A stretch of 32,000 bases of DNA, from assembly GCA_003056265.1 (NCBI GenBank), contig NBVN01000001.1:90001-122000 (forward strand), written 5' to 3'. Shown here one piece after another: positions 24,788-32,000 of the stretch. The DNA comes from Zestosphaera tikiterensis. Its GTDB lineage: Archaea; Thermoproteota; Thermoprotei_A; Sulfolobales; NBVN01. Below the pieces are notes generated by a model that had not been told where the DNA came from, ran no database searches, and saw only the letters and a list, made by a program, of their open reading frames with translations. Every line of letters begins with the position of its first letter. Position 1 is the stretch's first letter. The translations under genes were made by a program, and so were the position numbers.

Positions 24788-24816
24788 TGACATCAAAACT
24801 TATTAAACTTGACCAC
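24788..24816. promoter_or_regulatory. bidirectional TATA/operator element of the rbcL-nikR locus
   Basis: TGACATCAAAACTTATTAAACTTGACCAC matches 9104-9131 at 24 of 28 aligned positions with one 1-nt indel. The TATA-like core is centred about 35 nt upstream of the rbcL ATG at 24766. Confidence 0.5.
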
Positions 24817-25297
24817 ACACCTTTACTACAGGGGCAGTTTGAAGGATTACCTAGTGAAGTTAGAAACTGAAATATCGAAAGTTGCTGAAAAGCTTAAGTT
24901 ACTTAATTACAACGTGGAGAAGGTTTCCGCAGACGAACTCTACATATACTTAACATGCGATACTCCCACAGGCGATACAACAACTTTAGACGACGTCTTA
25001 AGTAACGAGTACTTAATGATTCATGAAGTTGTTGAAGTGAGTGAATTGAAGAAAATGAACGTACCTATCAACGAGCGTACCATCATGGAATATTACCCTG
25101 AAGTCTACGAAGCCCACCTCACGGCCGTCGACTACGAACTGACATATGCTCTCATCAATAAAGATTATGAATGGATTAAACGTAGACTTTCCTATGCTTT
25201 TATATTTTCGCCGGCTGAAGGTTATCAACATCTACAGTTGAAATTAACGCATAAGGTTAGACCAATCTTAGAAAAGTTCTCGAGGGATTTAAGGTAA
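24809..25297 (+). CDS. hypothetical protein (no recognisable family)
   Basis: The ORF is 162 codons from TTG 24809. The in-frame GTG at 24854 is a more plausible start given the promoter position. I recognise no motifs in it. It is divergent from rbcL. Confidence 0.45.
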   Translation: MTTHLYYRGSLKDYLVKLETEISKVAEKLKLLNYNVEKVSADELYIYLTCDTPTGDTTTLDDVLSNEYLMIHEVVEVSELKKMNVPINERTIMEYYPEVYEAHLTAVDYELTYALINKDYEWIKRRLSYAFIFSPAEGYQHLQLKLTHKVRPILEKFSRDLR

Positions 25298-25338
25298 TTA
25301 TCCCCTCTTAATTAAGCTGGGGTTTCTTCGAAGATAAG

Positions 25339-25366
25339 TTTATAAGGCATATATCTATAGATATAT
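25339..25366 (+). promoter_or_regulatory. PadR-operon promoter: TATA box plus 18-bp perfect palindrome (operator candidate)
   Basis: TATA TTTATAAG at 25339-25346 is followed directly by the palindrome ATATATCTATAGATATAT at 25349-25366, which ends 13 nt before the ATG. Confidence 0.6.
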
Positions 25367-25379
25367 AGGTAGATAGAGC

Positions 25380-25847
25380 ATGAAAGAACCGTTTAGAGGT
25401 AGGAAACATCTTAAGTTGCTGATGTTGTACGTGCTTAAGGATAGGCCTAAACACGCGTACGGAATTATGAAGGAGTTTGAGGAGGTTATCGGTGTGAGGC
25501 CTAGCCCGGGTGCTGTTTATCCAGTTATTAAGTCGTTGATGAAGGATTCTCTAATAAGTGTTGAGGAGGTTCCCTACCAAGATAGGGTTGTTAAGATGTA
25601 TAAAGTAACTGATAAAGGCTTGCAATACCTTAAGGAACATTCTGAGGAGGTTGAGGAGTGTTTAAAGAGGGCTAAGGCATTTAAGGTTATTAACGAAGTA
25701 GGTGGTTACAGACTTTTCATGCTTATGAGAGATCTAACTTCTAGAGCTGATAAGCTTAGTGAACAGCAACGTGAGGAGTTGAGGAAGGCTATATTGGATT
25801 TCGAGATTAAAGTTCTAAACATACTTAAAGGTGTTTCTAATGGTTGA
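25380..25847 (+). CDS. PadR-family transcriptional regulator
   Basis: The winged-helix block is LLMLYVLKDRPKHAYGIMKEF.....PSPGAVYPVIKSLMKDSLI...YKVTDKG, followed by a C-terminal coiled-coil extension. Confidence 0.8.
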   Translation: MKEPFRGRKHLKLLMLYVLKDRPKHAYGIMKEFEEVIGVRPSPGAVYPVIKSLMKDSLISVEEVPYQDRVVKMYKVTDKGLQYLKEHSEEVEECLKRAKAFKVINEVGGYRLFMLMRDLTSRADKLSEQQREELRKAILDFEIKVLNILKGVSNG

Positions 25848-26817
25848 ATATGCGGTAGTAGCTGAGAACTTAATTAAGAGGTTTAAAGACGTAGTAGCTG
25901 TTAACGACGTAAGCTTTAAGGTCGAGAGAGGGGAGATCTTCGGCCTTCTAGGTCCTAACGGAGCCGGCAAGACCACGACGATACATATACTTACGACCAT
26001 CCTTAAACCAACGTCAGGTAAGGCTTACGTCGCCGGTTACGACGTAGTTAAAGAACCTGCTAAAGTTAGGAGTAAGATAGGGATAGTTTTTCAAGACCCC
26101 AGCCTAGATAATCAATTAACTGCTTACGACAACATGTTCATTCATGGTAGGCTGTATGGGTTAAACGGAGATGCGTTAAGGAATAAGATCTTTGAATTGC
26201 TTGAGTTCGTAGAGCTTAAGGAATTCGCTAACAAACAGGTCAGGTACTTCTCAGGTGGTATGAGGAGGAGGTTAGAAATAGCTAGAGCTTTACTGCACCA
26301 GCCCGACGTGCTATTCCTTGATGAACCGACGCTCGGTTTAGACCCCCAGACAAGGGTTAGGATTTGGGACTACATAATGTCAGTTAAGAAAGAGAGGAAC
26401 ACCACTATAGTATTAACTACTCATTACATGGACGAAGCTGAAGAGCTATGCGATAGGATAGCAATCATGGATAAGGGGAAGATAATAGCTGAAGGGACGG
26501 CTGAAGAGCTTAAGTCAATGCTTGGTTCGGAGGTAATCTACGTTAAGGTGGTGAATAACGCCTCATGCGTTGAGGCAAACTTCATTGAGAAATGCGTTAG
26601 GGTACGGGAGAACCTACTGGAGGTTGTAGTGAAGGACGCCAGTACAGCCATACCTAAGCTTTTCGATGTAATGACCTCTAAAGGCTTAAAAATAGTTGAG
26701 GTGAGCTATAGGAAGCCTACGTTAAATGAAGTCTTCATACACCTAACTGGGAGGGAGTTGAGGGACGCTCTTGAAGAGTCTGGAAGGCCTCACTTAGGGC
26801 CTAGAGCTTGGAGGTGA
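25840..26817 (+). CDS. ABC-2 type (DrrA/CcmA-like) exporter ATP-binding protein
   Basis: It has Walker A GPNGAGKTT, a signature variant FSGGMRRR, Walker B VLFLDEP and an H-loop TTHYM. ATG 25840 overlaps the PadR stop (ATGGTTGA), and GTG 25831 is an alternative start. Confidence 0.85.
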   Translation: MVEYAVVAENLIKRFKDVVAVNDVSFKVERGEIFGLLGPNGAGKTTTIHILTTILKPTSGKAYVAGYDVVKEPAKVRSKIGIVFQDPSLDNQLTAYDNMFIHGRLYGLNGDALRNKIFELLEFVELKEFANKQVRYFSGGMRRRLEIARALLHQPDVLFLDEPTLGLDPQTRVRIWDYIMSVKKERNTTIVLTTHYMDEAEELCDRIAIMDKGKIIAEGTAEELKSMLGSEVIYVKVVNNASCVEANFIEKCVRVRENLLEVVVKDASTAIPKLFDVMTSKGLKIVEVSYRKPTLNEVFIHLTGRELRDALEESGRPHLGPRAWR

Positions 26818-26822
26818 AGAAT

Positions 26823-27599
26823 ATGGGATTCATTAAAGCATTTTACGTCATGGTGTATAGGCAGGTTAAGAGGTACGTAAGCGCTAGGTCTAGAGTACTC
26901 ATGACTGTTGTAAACCCCCTCATATGGGTTGTTTTCTTTGGGTTAGGTTGGAGTAACGTGTTTAACTTCCCCGGCGCCACAGCGATTTTCGGCGGGTTAA
27001 ACTACATAACTTACTTAGCGTCTGGCATGATCTCAATGACTATATTCATGGGTTCGTTCATAAGCGGTGTTTCAGTGATTTGGGATAAGCAGTTCGGCTT
27101 CCTTAAAGAAACTCTAGTGGCTCCAGCACCTAGATCTGCGATAATACTCGGCAGGGCTTTCGGGGATTCAGTGACTACAGTGATTCAAGGAGGTATGATA
27201 CTTGCTTTAATGTTTCTAATCGCTCCAGGGCTAAGGGTTGAGGGCGTCATACCAGCGCTTATCTACGGCTTAATGCTGGCTATGGGTTTCACATCGTTAG
27301 GTATAACGCTTTCTTTAAAGTTTTCAAGCACTGAAGGATTTCAAATGATAGTGAACCTTCTTACGATGCCTTTACTATTTATGAGCGGTATCTTCTACCC
27401 AATAAGTAACATGCCGGATTGGATGAAGGCCGTAGCTTACGTAAACCCACTAACATATGCCGTAGACGGCATGAGGTATTGGCTTACTGGCGTGTCAAAC
27501 TTCAACCCCTTATACGACGTTGCTTTGTTGGCGATCCTTACTCTGGCCTTAACGGCTCTTGCGGTACGTACGTTTGAAAAAGCAACTATAGAGGATTAA
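26823..27599 (+). CDS. ABC-2 type exporter permease
   Basis: The protein is a six-TM hydrophobic protein of typical ABC-2 length. ATG 26823 is preceded by GGAGGTGA (Shine-Dalgarno-like) and lies 5 nt after the ATPase stop. The longest ORF starts at TTG 26808. Confidence 0.8.
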   Translation: MGFIKAFYVMVYRQVKRYVSARSRVLMTVVNPLIWVVFFGLGWSNVFNFPGATAIFGGLNYITYLASGMISMTIFMGSFISGVSVIWDKQFGFLKETLVAPAPRSAIILGRAFGDSVTTVIQGGMILALMFLIAPGLRVEGVIPALIYGLMLAMGFTSLGITLSLKFSSTEGFQMIVNLLTMPLLFMSGIFYPISNMPDWMKAVAYVNPLTYAVDGMRYWLTGVSNFNPLYDVALLAILTLALTALAVRTFEKATIED

Positions 27600-27835
27600 A
27601 ACCTTTTCTCAACTACAAACACTAGATAACCTTTACTACCTTCGTAAATATCAATAACCGAGAGCTCCACACCCATAACCGCCTTAACTACCTCACCAAC
27701 CAACTTCTCCGGCGCTTCAAAAACTACCTGATCGTTTATTCTCATAGCATCCCTAACTTCATTTAAGTAAGCCTTAACTTCAGGAAGGCTACTCATTCTC
27801 CGCAGGTTACGTTTCCCGTCGTTCATATTGACCAC
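27596..27835 (-). CDS. small hypothetical protein (79 aa or shorter)
   Basis: The ORF lies 9 nt downstream of the dehydrogenase-like gene on the same strand. I recognise no motif. Its 3' end overlaps the convergent permease gene by 4 nt. Confidence 0.4.
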   Translation of the reverse strand: MVNMNDGKRNLRRMSSLPEVKAYLNEVRDAMRINDQVVFEAPEKLVGEVVKAVMGVELSVIDIYEGSKGYLVFVVEKRF

Positions 27836-27844
27836 GATACTTAA

Positions 27845-28681
27845 CTATATTTCAAACCCTTTATAGTATTCTTTATTGGTTAACTCAAGGAATATCTTCT
27901 TCAGCTTTTCAACTTCTTCCCGTGTGGCTTCATCTTCAAGTTCTTGCTTACGTGTTTTATTAGACTCTAGCACAAACTCAAAGAGTTTAGACGGGCTTAT
28001 AGAATTAAGTATTTCAGTGTTTGGTATTAAGCAATGACCCCCTATATAGCCTGGGAAGTACACAGGCCTATCTTTCAACACCTGATGTACTTCAGCGATG
28101 AACTCAGCTATAGACTCCACCTTAACGTTGAACTTCTTCGATATTCTATGTATTTCCTGCCAAGCAGCAATCATGACAGCTCTATAGACCGTCTCCCAAA
28201 GCTTAGCTAACTCAGTATCTCTTGAATGATTAGCTACTTTAACTTTAAGGCCTAAACTCTCTAAGTACTCCTTAGCTCTAACCCCGGACTCTTGAGTTGT
28301 GGGCCCCACCCACTTAACCCAAAACTTCAGATGTTCGTAGATGTTTGGATGCTTCCCTCTAACCGGTGAGTGTACTACGTGAGCGTTATATCTTAAGAAA
28401 ACCTGCTCGGTAGTTCCTACAGGAACCGTAGACTCCACAATTACTAAGTCGGGTTTAAACTGTTGTAAGTAACCTACTGTAACTTCAATGAAGTCTTTAG
28501 AGTAGGGGTATGCTATGTGGATTACGTCCACAGGCTTAGGTATTTTACTTAAAGAGTCAACGCTTTTCTTAGGGTCTATGTCGTAGCCGAAGACTTTATA
28601 TTTAGACTCACTAACGAGTCGATATACTGCAGAGCCTATCTCACCTAAACCAACCACCAACACCTTCTCATAGGTTTTCAT
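27845..28681 (-). CDS. UDP-glucose/GDP-mannose dehydrogenase-like NAD-binding protein lacking the C-terminal UDP-binding domain
   Basis: The N-terminal Rossmann motif is VLVVGLGEIGSAV. The central-domain motif YIGGHCLIPNT resembles the catalytic GGxCxxKD Cys loop of UDP-sugar dehydrogenases. The protein is only 278 aa. Confidence 0.5.
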   Translation of the reverse strand: MKTYEKVLVVGLGEIGSAVYRLVSESKYKVFGYDIDPKKSVDSLSKIPKPVDVIHIAYPYSKDFIEVTVGYLQQFKPDLVIVESTVPVGTTEQVFLRYNAHVVHSPVRGKHPNIYEHLKFWVKWVGPTTQESGVRAKEYLESLGLKVKVANHSRDTELAKLWETVYRAVMIAAWQEIHRISKKFNVKVESIAEFIAEVHQVLKDRPVYFPGYIGGHCLIPNTEILNSISPSKLFEFVLESNKTRKQELEDEATREEVEKLKKIFLELTNKEYYKGFEI

Positions 28682-28743
28682 TCAACCCACCCTCACTTAA
28701 GCCTTACATTTTAGTATTGCGTATTCATTAAAAGCAAGGACTT

Positions 28744-29244
28744 TTAAGTAAGTTGTATTAACGTAGGTTTTAACTTTCTAATCAGGTCTTCAGTCTTAAC
28801 TTTATAAAGTTTTCTTCTATCGCCTCCACCACATACAACGTATTCGTTTTCTAATATGCCTTCATCTAAGAAGATTTTAAGCTTTAGAACCTCCTCACTT
28901 AACGGCGTTACCCCACCCACATCTACTTTAAGTACCTCCTTAACCTCCTTAGCTTTAGCGAGGCTTACCTCAACGCCTAAGGTTTTACTTAACGAGTTTA
29001 AGTCTAGTTTCCTATCACCCCTAACTAAAGCCACTATATACTCGCCCCCAGCTTTAAGGAGTAATGTCTTAACTATCTTACCTGGTTCGTAACCACTCAA
29101 TTGAGAAGCCTTCTCAACAGTATCCACGGAGGATTGAAACTCAAGAACTTCGACGTCAACACCTAACACGTTAGCTCTATAACCACACAATTTACAAACC
29201 CGATAATAAAATACCTCCAGCGAGTTAATATGGGCTTTAAGCAC
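28744..29244 (-). CDS. YbaK/ProX-type aminoacyl-tRNA trans-editing deacylase
   Basis: The core blocks are IVKTLLLKAGGEYIVALVRGDRKLDLNSL and the GGVTPL loop. The first roughly 25 aa of the listed ORF, which overlaps the upstream ABC gene by 8 nt, may not be translated. Confidence 0.7.
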   Translation of the reverse strand: MLKAHINSLEVFYYRVCKLCGYRANVLGVDVEVLEFQSSVDTVEKASQLSGYEPGKIVKTLLLKAGGEYIVALVRGDRKLDLNSLSKTLGVEVSLAKAKEVKEVLKVDVGGVTPLSEEVLKLKIFLDEGILENEYVVCGGGDRRKLYKVKTEDLIRKLKPTLIQLT

Positions 29245-29971
29245 GTAAGGCTAAACACCTATCTTTATCTGGTTCTTCAACGCTTACTATCTTACCATCT
29301 CTTATCACGTATATCTTATTAGTGCAGTTAGCTACTTCAGGGTCGTGTGTAACTATCACTATAGTCTGTCCTTTAGCGTTTAAATTCATGAAGGTCTGAA
29401 TTACTGTCTTGGCAGACGCCCTATCTAAATTTCCCGTAGGTTCGTCCGCTAGTATCAAGGACGGGTTATTAACTAAAGCCCTCGCTATAGCTACCCTCTG
29501 TTGTTGACCACCGGAAAGTTGCGTGGGTTTCTTCCTCAACCAAGCCTCATCACCGCCTACGGACTTCAGCGTTGAGACGATTCTCTCACGTCTTTCTTTA
29601 GCGTTAAGTCCGGAGGGGATTAAAGGAAGTTCTAGGTTCTCATATATCGTTAGCCTCGATATAAGGTTAAACTGCTGAAACACGAAACCTATCTTCCTAT
29701 TCCTAACTATAGCTAAATCTCTAGAGCTAAGTTTAGAAGCTTCAATACCGTCGATGAAGACCTTACCCTTAGTTGGCTTGTCTAACAACCCCATGATGTT
29801 TAATAAAGTTGTTTTGCCTGAGCCTGAAGGGCCCATTATAGCTATGAAATCCCCTTTAAAGACCTTAAGGTCTACACCTCTTAAGCCCCAGGTGATTATA
29901 TCACCTACTTTATACATCTTCCAAACGTCAACAAGCTCTACAACTGCTTTAACGTTCGACACCATCACCAA
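29237..29971 (-). CDS. MacB/LolD/FtsE-type ABC transporter ATP-binding protein
   Basis: It has Walker A GPSGSGKTT, the Q-loop region FVFQQFNL, the signature LSGGQQQRVAIARAL, Walker B ILADEPTGNLD and an H-loop VTHD. The likely start is ATG 29965. Confidence 0.85.
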   Translation of the reverse strand: MVMVSNVKAVVELVDVWKMYKVGDIITWGLRGVDLKVFKGDFIAIMGPSGSGKTTLLNIMGLLDKPTKGKVFIDGIEASKLSSRDLAIVRNRKIGFVFQQFNLISRLTIYENLELPLIPSGLNAKERRERIVSTLKSVGGDEAWLRKKPTQLSGGQQQRVAIARALVNNPSLILADEPTGNLDRASAKTVIQTFMNLNAKGQTIVIVTHDPEVANCTNKIYVIRDGKIVSVEEPDKDRCLALRA

Positions 29972-30028
29972 GGAAATAAACGCATAAAAAATTTAAGCAT
30001 GCCTACCTTACGTAAATCGGTGGTTGAT

Positions 30029-32000
30029 ATGGGCTGTAAGGCGGAAAACCTACGTGGTTTGGCTGGTGTGGTATTAACTTTTATTACATTACTTTCGATA
30101 ATCAGTCCTTTAACCGTGATCCTCACCTCTAAAACAGTTAAGGCGTTTCCTAACCTAGCGGTTGTTGATACGCATTTCTACAGCTCCTCAGGCAGTACTG
30201 AAGTATATCCAGGGAGTAGGAACGCTAGGATAGTTGTTGAGGTTAGGAATTTAGAGAACGTCTCTATTAAGGATGTGCAGGGATGTTTTCAACTACCTCC
30301 GGGGTTTTCTGTAGCTAGTGGTTCAAGCTGCGTTAACGCTCTCTCACCTAACAACACCTTCAAAACTCAATACGAGTCAGGTGAAGTCTTTATACTTAGG
30401 AATTACGTAAACGTAGGTAAGAACGTAAACCCAGGTGTTTACTACATTGACATTTCAGTAACTTACAGTACAAGCTCAGGGAATGTAAAGTCTGAAACCC
30501 TAACGACGTACGTTTACGTTTACCCATATCCTGCGATTTCTTTAGCTGTAGTTGATGTGTGGTGGGATTCTAACGAGGTTTTTCCGGGGACTCAGAACGC
30601 CGCCTTACATCTAAGGCTTAAGAACGTAGGTAACTCAGACATTGTGGGGGGTTATGGTAAGGCGATATTAGGGAGGCAATTAAAGCCTGAGGAGATTAGG
30701 TTTAACCTACCCGCATTACCCAGCGGCAACACTTACGAGCTTATCTTAACAGGGATAGACATACCTACGAATACGTCACCAGACGAATATAGAATAACGC
30801 TTAAGGTTAACGTTACGGCAAATACGGAAGACGGCGTTGAATACGAAGCTAAGAACGTTGAAATACCGTTTAAAGTTAAGGTGTCTGAAGCACCTGCCCC
30901 TCAGCTAGATGTCGTTGATTCGGGGTGGGTTTACGGTACGTCTTACGTCGAGGGCAGATCCATTAGTATATATGTAACGCTTCAAAACGTAGGCCATCAA
31001 ACTATAAACTCCTTGAAAGCTAAGTTGCTTCTGCCTAAAGGACTTCAAAGCAGGGACGGGAGGAACTACGTAGTTACGACGTTAAGTAGGGCGGTAGGTT
31101 ATGGCGATATCTTCACTTTAACGTTTAACGACATCATCACATCTCTACAGGGCTTAAGTGAGTTAAAATTTACGTTAGTTTTAGAAGGTCTTGCCACATA
31201 TAGGAACGCGGAGTTCTGGTTTAACGTATCAATTCAATCTTCAGCTAAAGTGGTTTCTGAAAACATACTTAAGCTTACTGACGTATGGTGGAGTTACGGA
31301 GGTTCCTCAGCTGAAGCCTTACCAACAGCTCAGAAGATTAACCTAAACTTCAGGATAGCAAACTTAGGTCAAGACCCGCTGACGGTGTTGGAAGCTAAGC
31401 TTAAACTACCTCAGGAATTCAACGTAAGAACCTTAGAAGGCAATTGCTTAACCACAGTTCAAGCGGGTATGACATGCACCCTTCAAGCGTTGGTGGACGT
31501 AAGCCCTAACGCAGTAGCTGGAGTGTATAACGGAACTTTAACCCTTACTTACGTAGTCCGTACAGGCTCCTCACTTCTTTACTCAATTAAAGAGTTTAAC
31601 GTCAACCTATACGTAAGTAACCCTAGATCTTACGAACCAAACGTAGTTCTAAGTAAGGTTTGGTGGGGTGCTACAACCCCAACAGTTTCCTACGGTTTGG
31701 AGAACTTACTTCCAGTACATGTTGAGTTAACGAATCTTGGAAGGTATAACGCTGAATATGTTTACGTTAAGGTAGTGAGCCCGCAAAATATAACCATAGT
31801 TGATGGGGAGGGGCTTTGCTCAAACACTTTATCTGCCGGGGGTCTATGTAGGTTAACACCCTACCTTAACTTAAAGGGTTTAAACGTAAGTAACGTTACG
31901 TTGCAGGTGTTAGTAACTTACTACCTAACGCTTTACGGTACGTACATACAGTTCAGTAAGAACTTTACTGTAACGTTGCCTTTGACGATATACCCACCTC
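30029..32000 (+). CDS. large secreted repeat-domain surface protein (CARDB / S-layer-domain-like), 3' end beyond the window
   Basis: This ORF is not in the supplied track because it has no stop inside the window. I translated the frame by hand from ATG 30029 to nt 31999 and found no stop codon (657 codons). It has an N-terminal signal/TM segment (LAGVVLTFITLLSIISPL) followed by five tandem modules of about 121-126 aa. An alternative start is ATG 29999. Confidence 0.75.
   Translation, partial: MGCKAENLRGLAGVVLTFITLLSIISPLTVILTSKTVKAFPNLAVVDTHFYSSSGSTEVYPGSRNARIVVEVRNLENVSIKDVQGCFQLPPGFSVASGSSCVNALSPNNTFKTQYESGEVFILRNYVNVGKNVNPGVYYIDISVTYSTSSGNVKSETLTTYVYVYPYPAISLAVVDVWWDSNEVFPGTQNAALHLRLKNVGNSDIVGGYGKAILGRQLKPEEIRFNLPALPSGNTYELILTGIDIPTNTSPDEYRITLKVNVTANTEDGVEYEAKNVEIPFKVKVSEAPAPQLDVVDSGWVYGTSYVEGRSISIYVTLQNVGHQTINSLKAKLLLPKGLQSRDGRNYVVTTLSRAVGYGDIFTLTFNDIITSLQGLSELKFTLVLEGLATYRNAEFWFNVSIQSSAKVVSENILKLTDVWWSYGGSSAEALPTAQKINLNFRIANLGQDPLTVLEAKLKLPQEFNVRTLEGNCLTTVQAGMTCTLQALVDVSPNAVAGVYNGTLTLTYVVRTGSSLLYSIKEFNVNLYVSNPRSYEPNVVLSKVWWGATTPTVSYGLENLLPVHVELTNLGRYNAEYVYVKVVSPQNITIVDGEGLCSNTLSAGGLCRLTPYLNLKGLNVSNVTLQVLVTYYLTLYGTYIQFSKNFTVTLPLTIYPP

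Noticed and set aside
24767-24796. A 10-codon N-terminal extension of RuBisCO (MMSYLLEVSF).
   Set aside because: Known form III enzymes begin at the M-x-E-K-F motif. The extension also overlaps the TATA-like promoter core that best explains transcription of rbcL.

Overview
The window looks like a gene-dense chromosomal segment of a hyperthermophilic crenarchaeon (Thermoprotei-like). The evidence is archaeal TATA/BRE-type promoters with short or no leaders, Taw1, a type III RuBisCO, an archaeal-type myo-inositol-1-phosphate synthase, and surface proteins with Ser/Thr-rich stalks and C-terminal membrane anchors. I found no rRNA, tRNA, CRISPR array, transposase or integrase. Most of the window is housekeeping or transport: valS (5' truncated), cysS, tldD/pmbA, taw1, sugar/inositol metabolism, a Znu/Tro-like metal ABC importer, a PadR-linked ABC-2 exporter and a MacB/LolD-type ABC ATPase. 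That ATPase lies next to a large repeat-domain surface protein that runs off the window and is missing from the ORF track. The parts I would look at again are listed here. (1) A GC-rich structured ncRNA at about 8131-8295 has two hairpins capped by K-loop (C'/D'-like) motifs and fits no RNA class I recognise. (2) The type III RuBisCO gene sits in an apparent operon with a NikR that keeps all four Ni ligands, and its promoter carries a roughly 28-nt element nearly identical to one in the promoter of the metal ABC locus, which ends in a second, divergent NikR-like gene. (3) A PfkB kinase, a BtpA/SgcQ TIM-barrel protein and a DUF1464-like ASKHA protein cluster about 1 kb from RuBisCO. (4) A 445-bp AT-rich spacer holds a 53-nt polypurine tract that encodes a 20-aa Lys/Glu peptide on one strand and a 36-aa very hydrophobic peptide on the other, each flanked by TATA-like boxes and oligo-T runs; this resembles a type I toxin/antisense-RNA locus. 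(5) A ROK kinase has its conserved N-terminal ASKHA motif encoded upstream of any canonical start codon, in frame with and 9 codons after the TGA of the preceding LOG-like gene. All functional calls come from motif recognition by eye. No database search was run.
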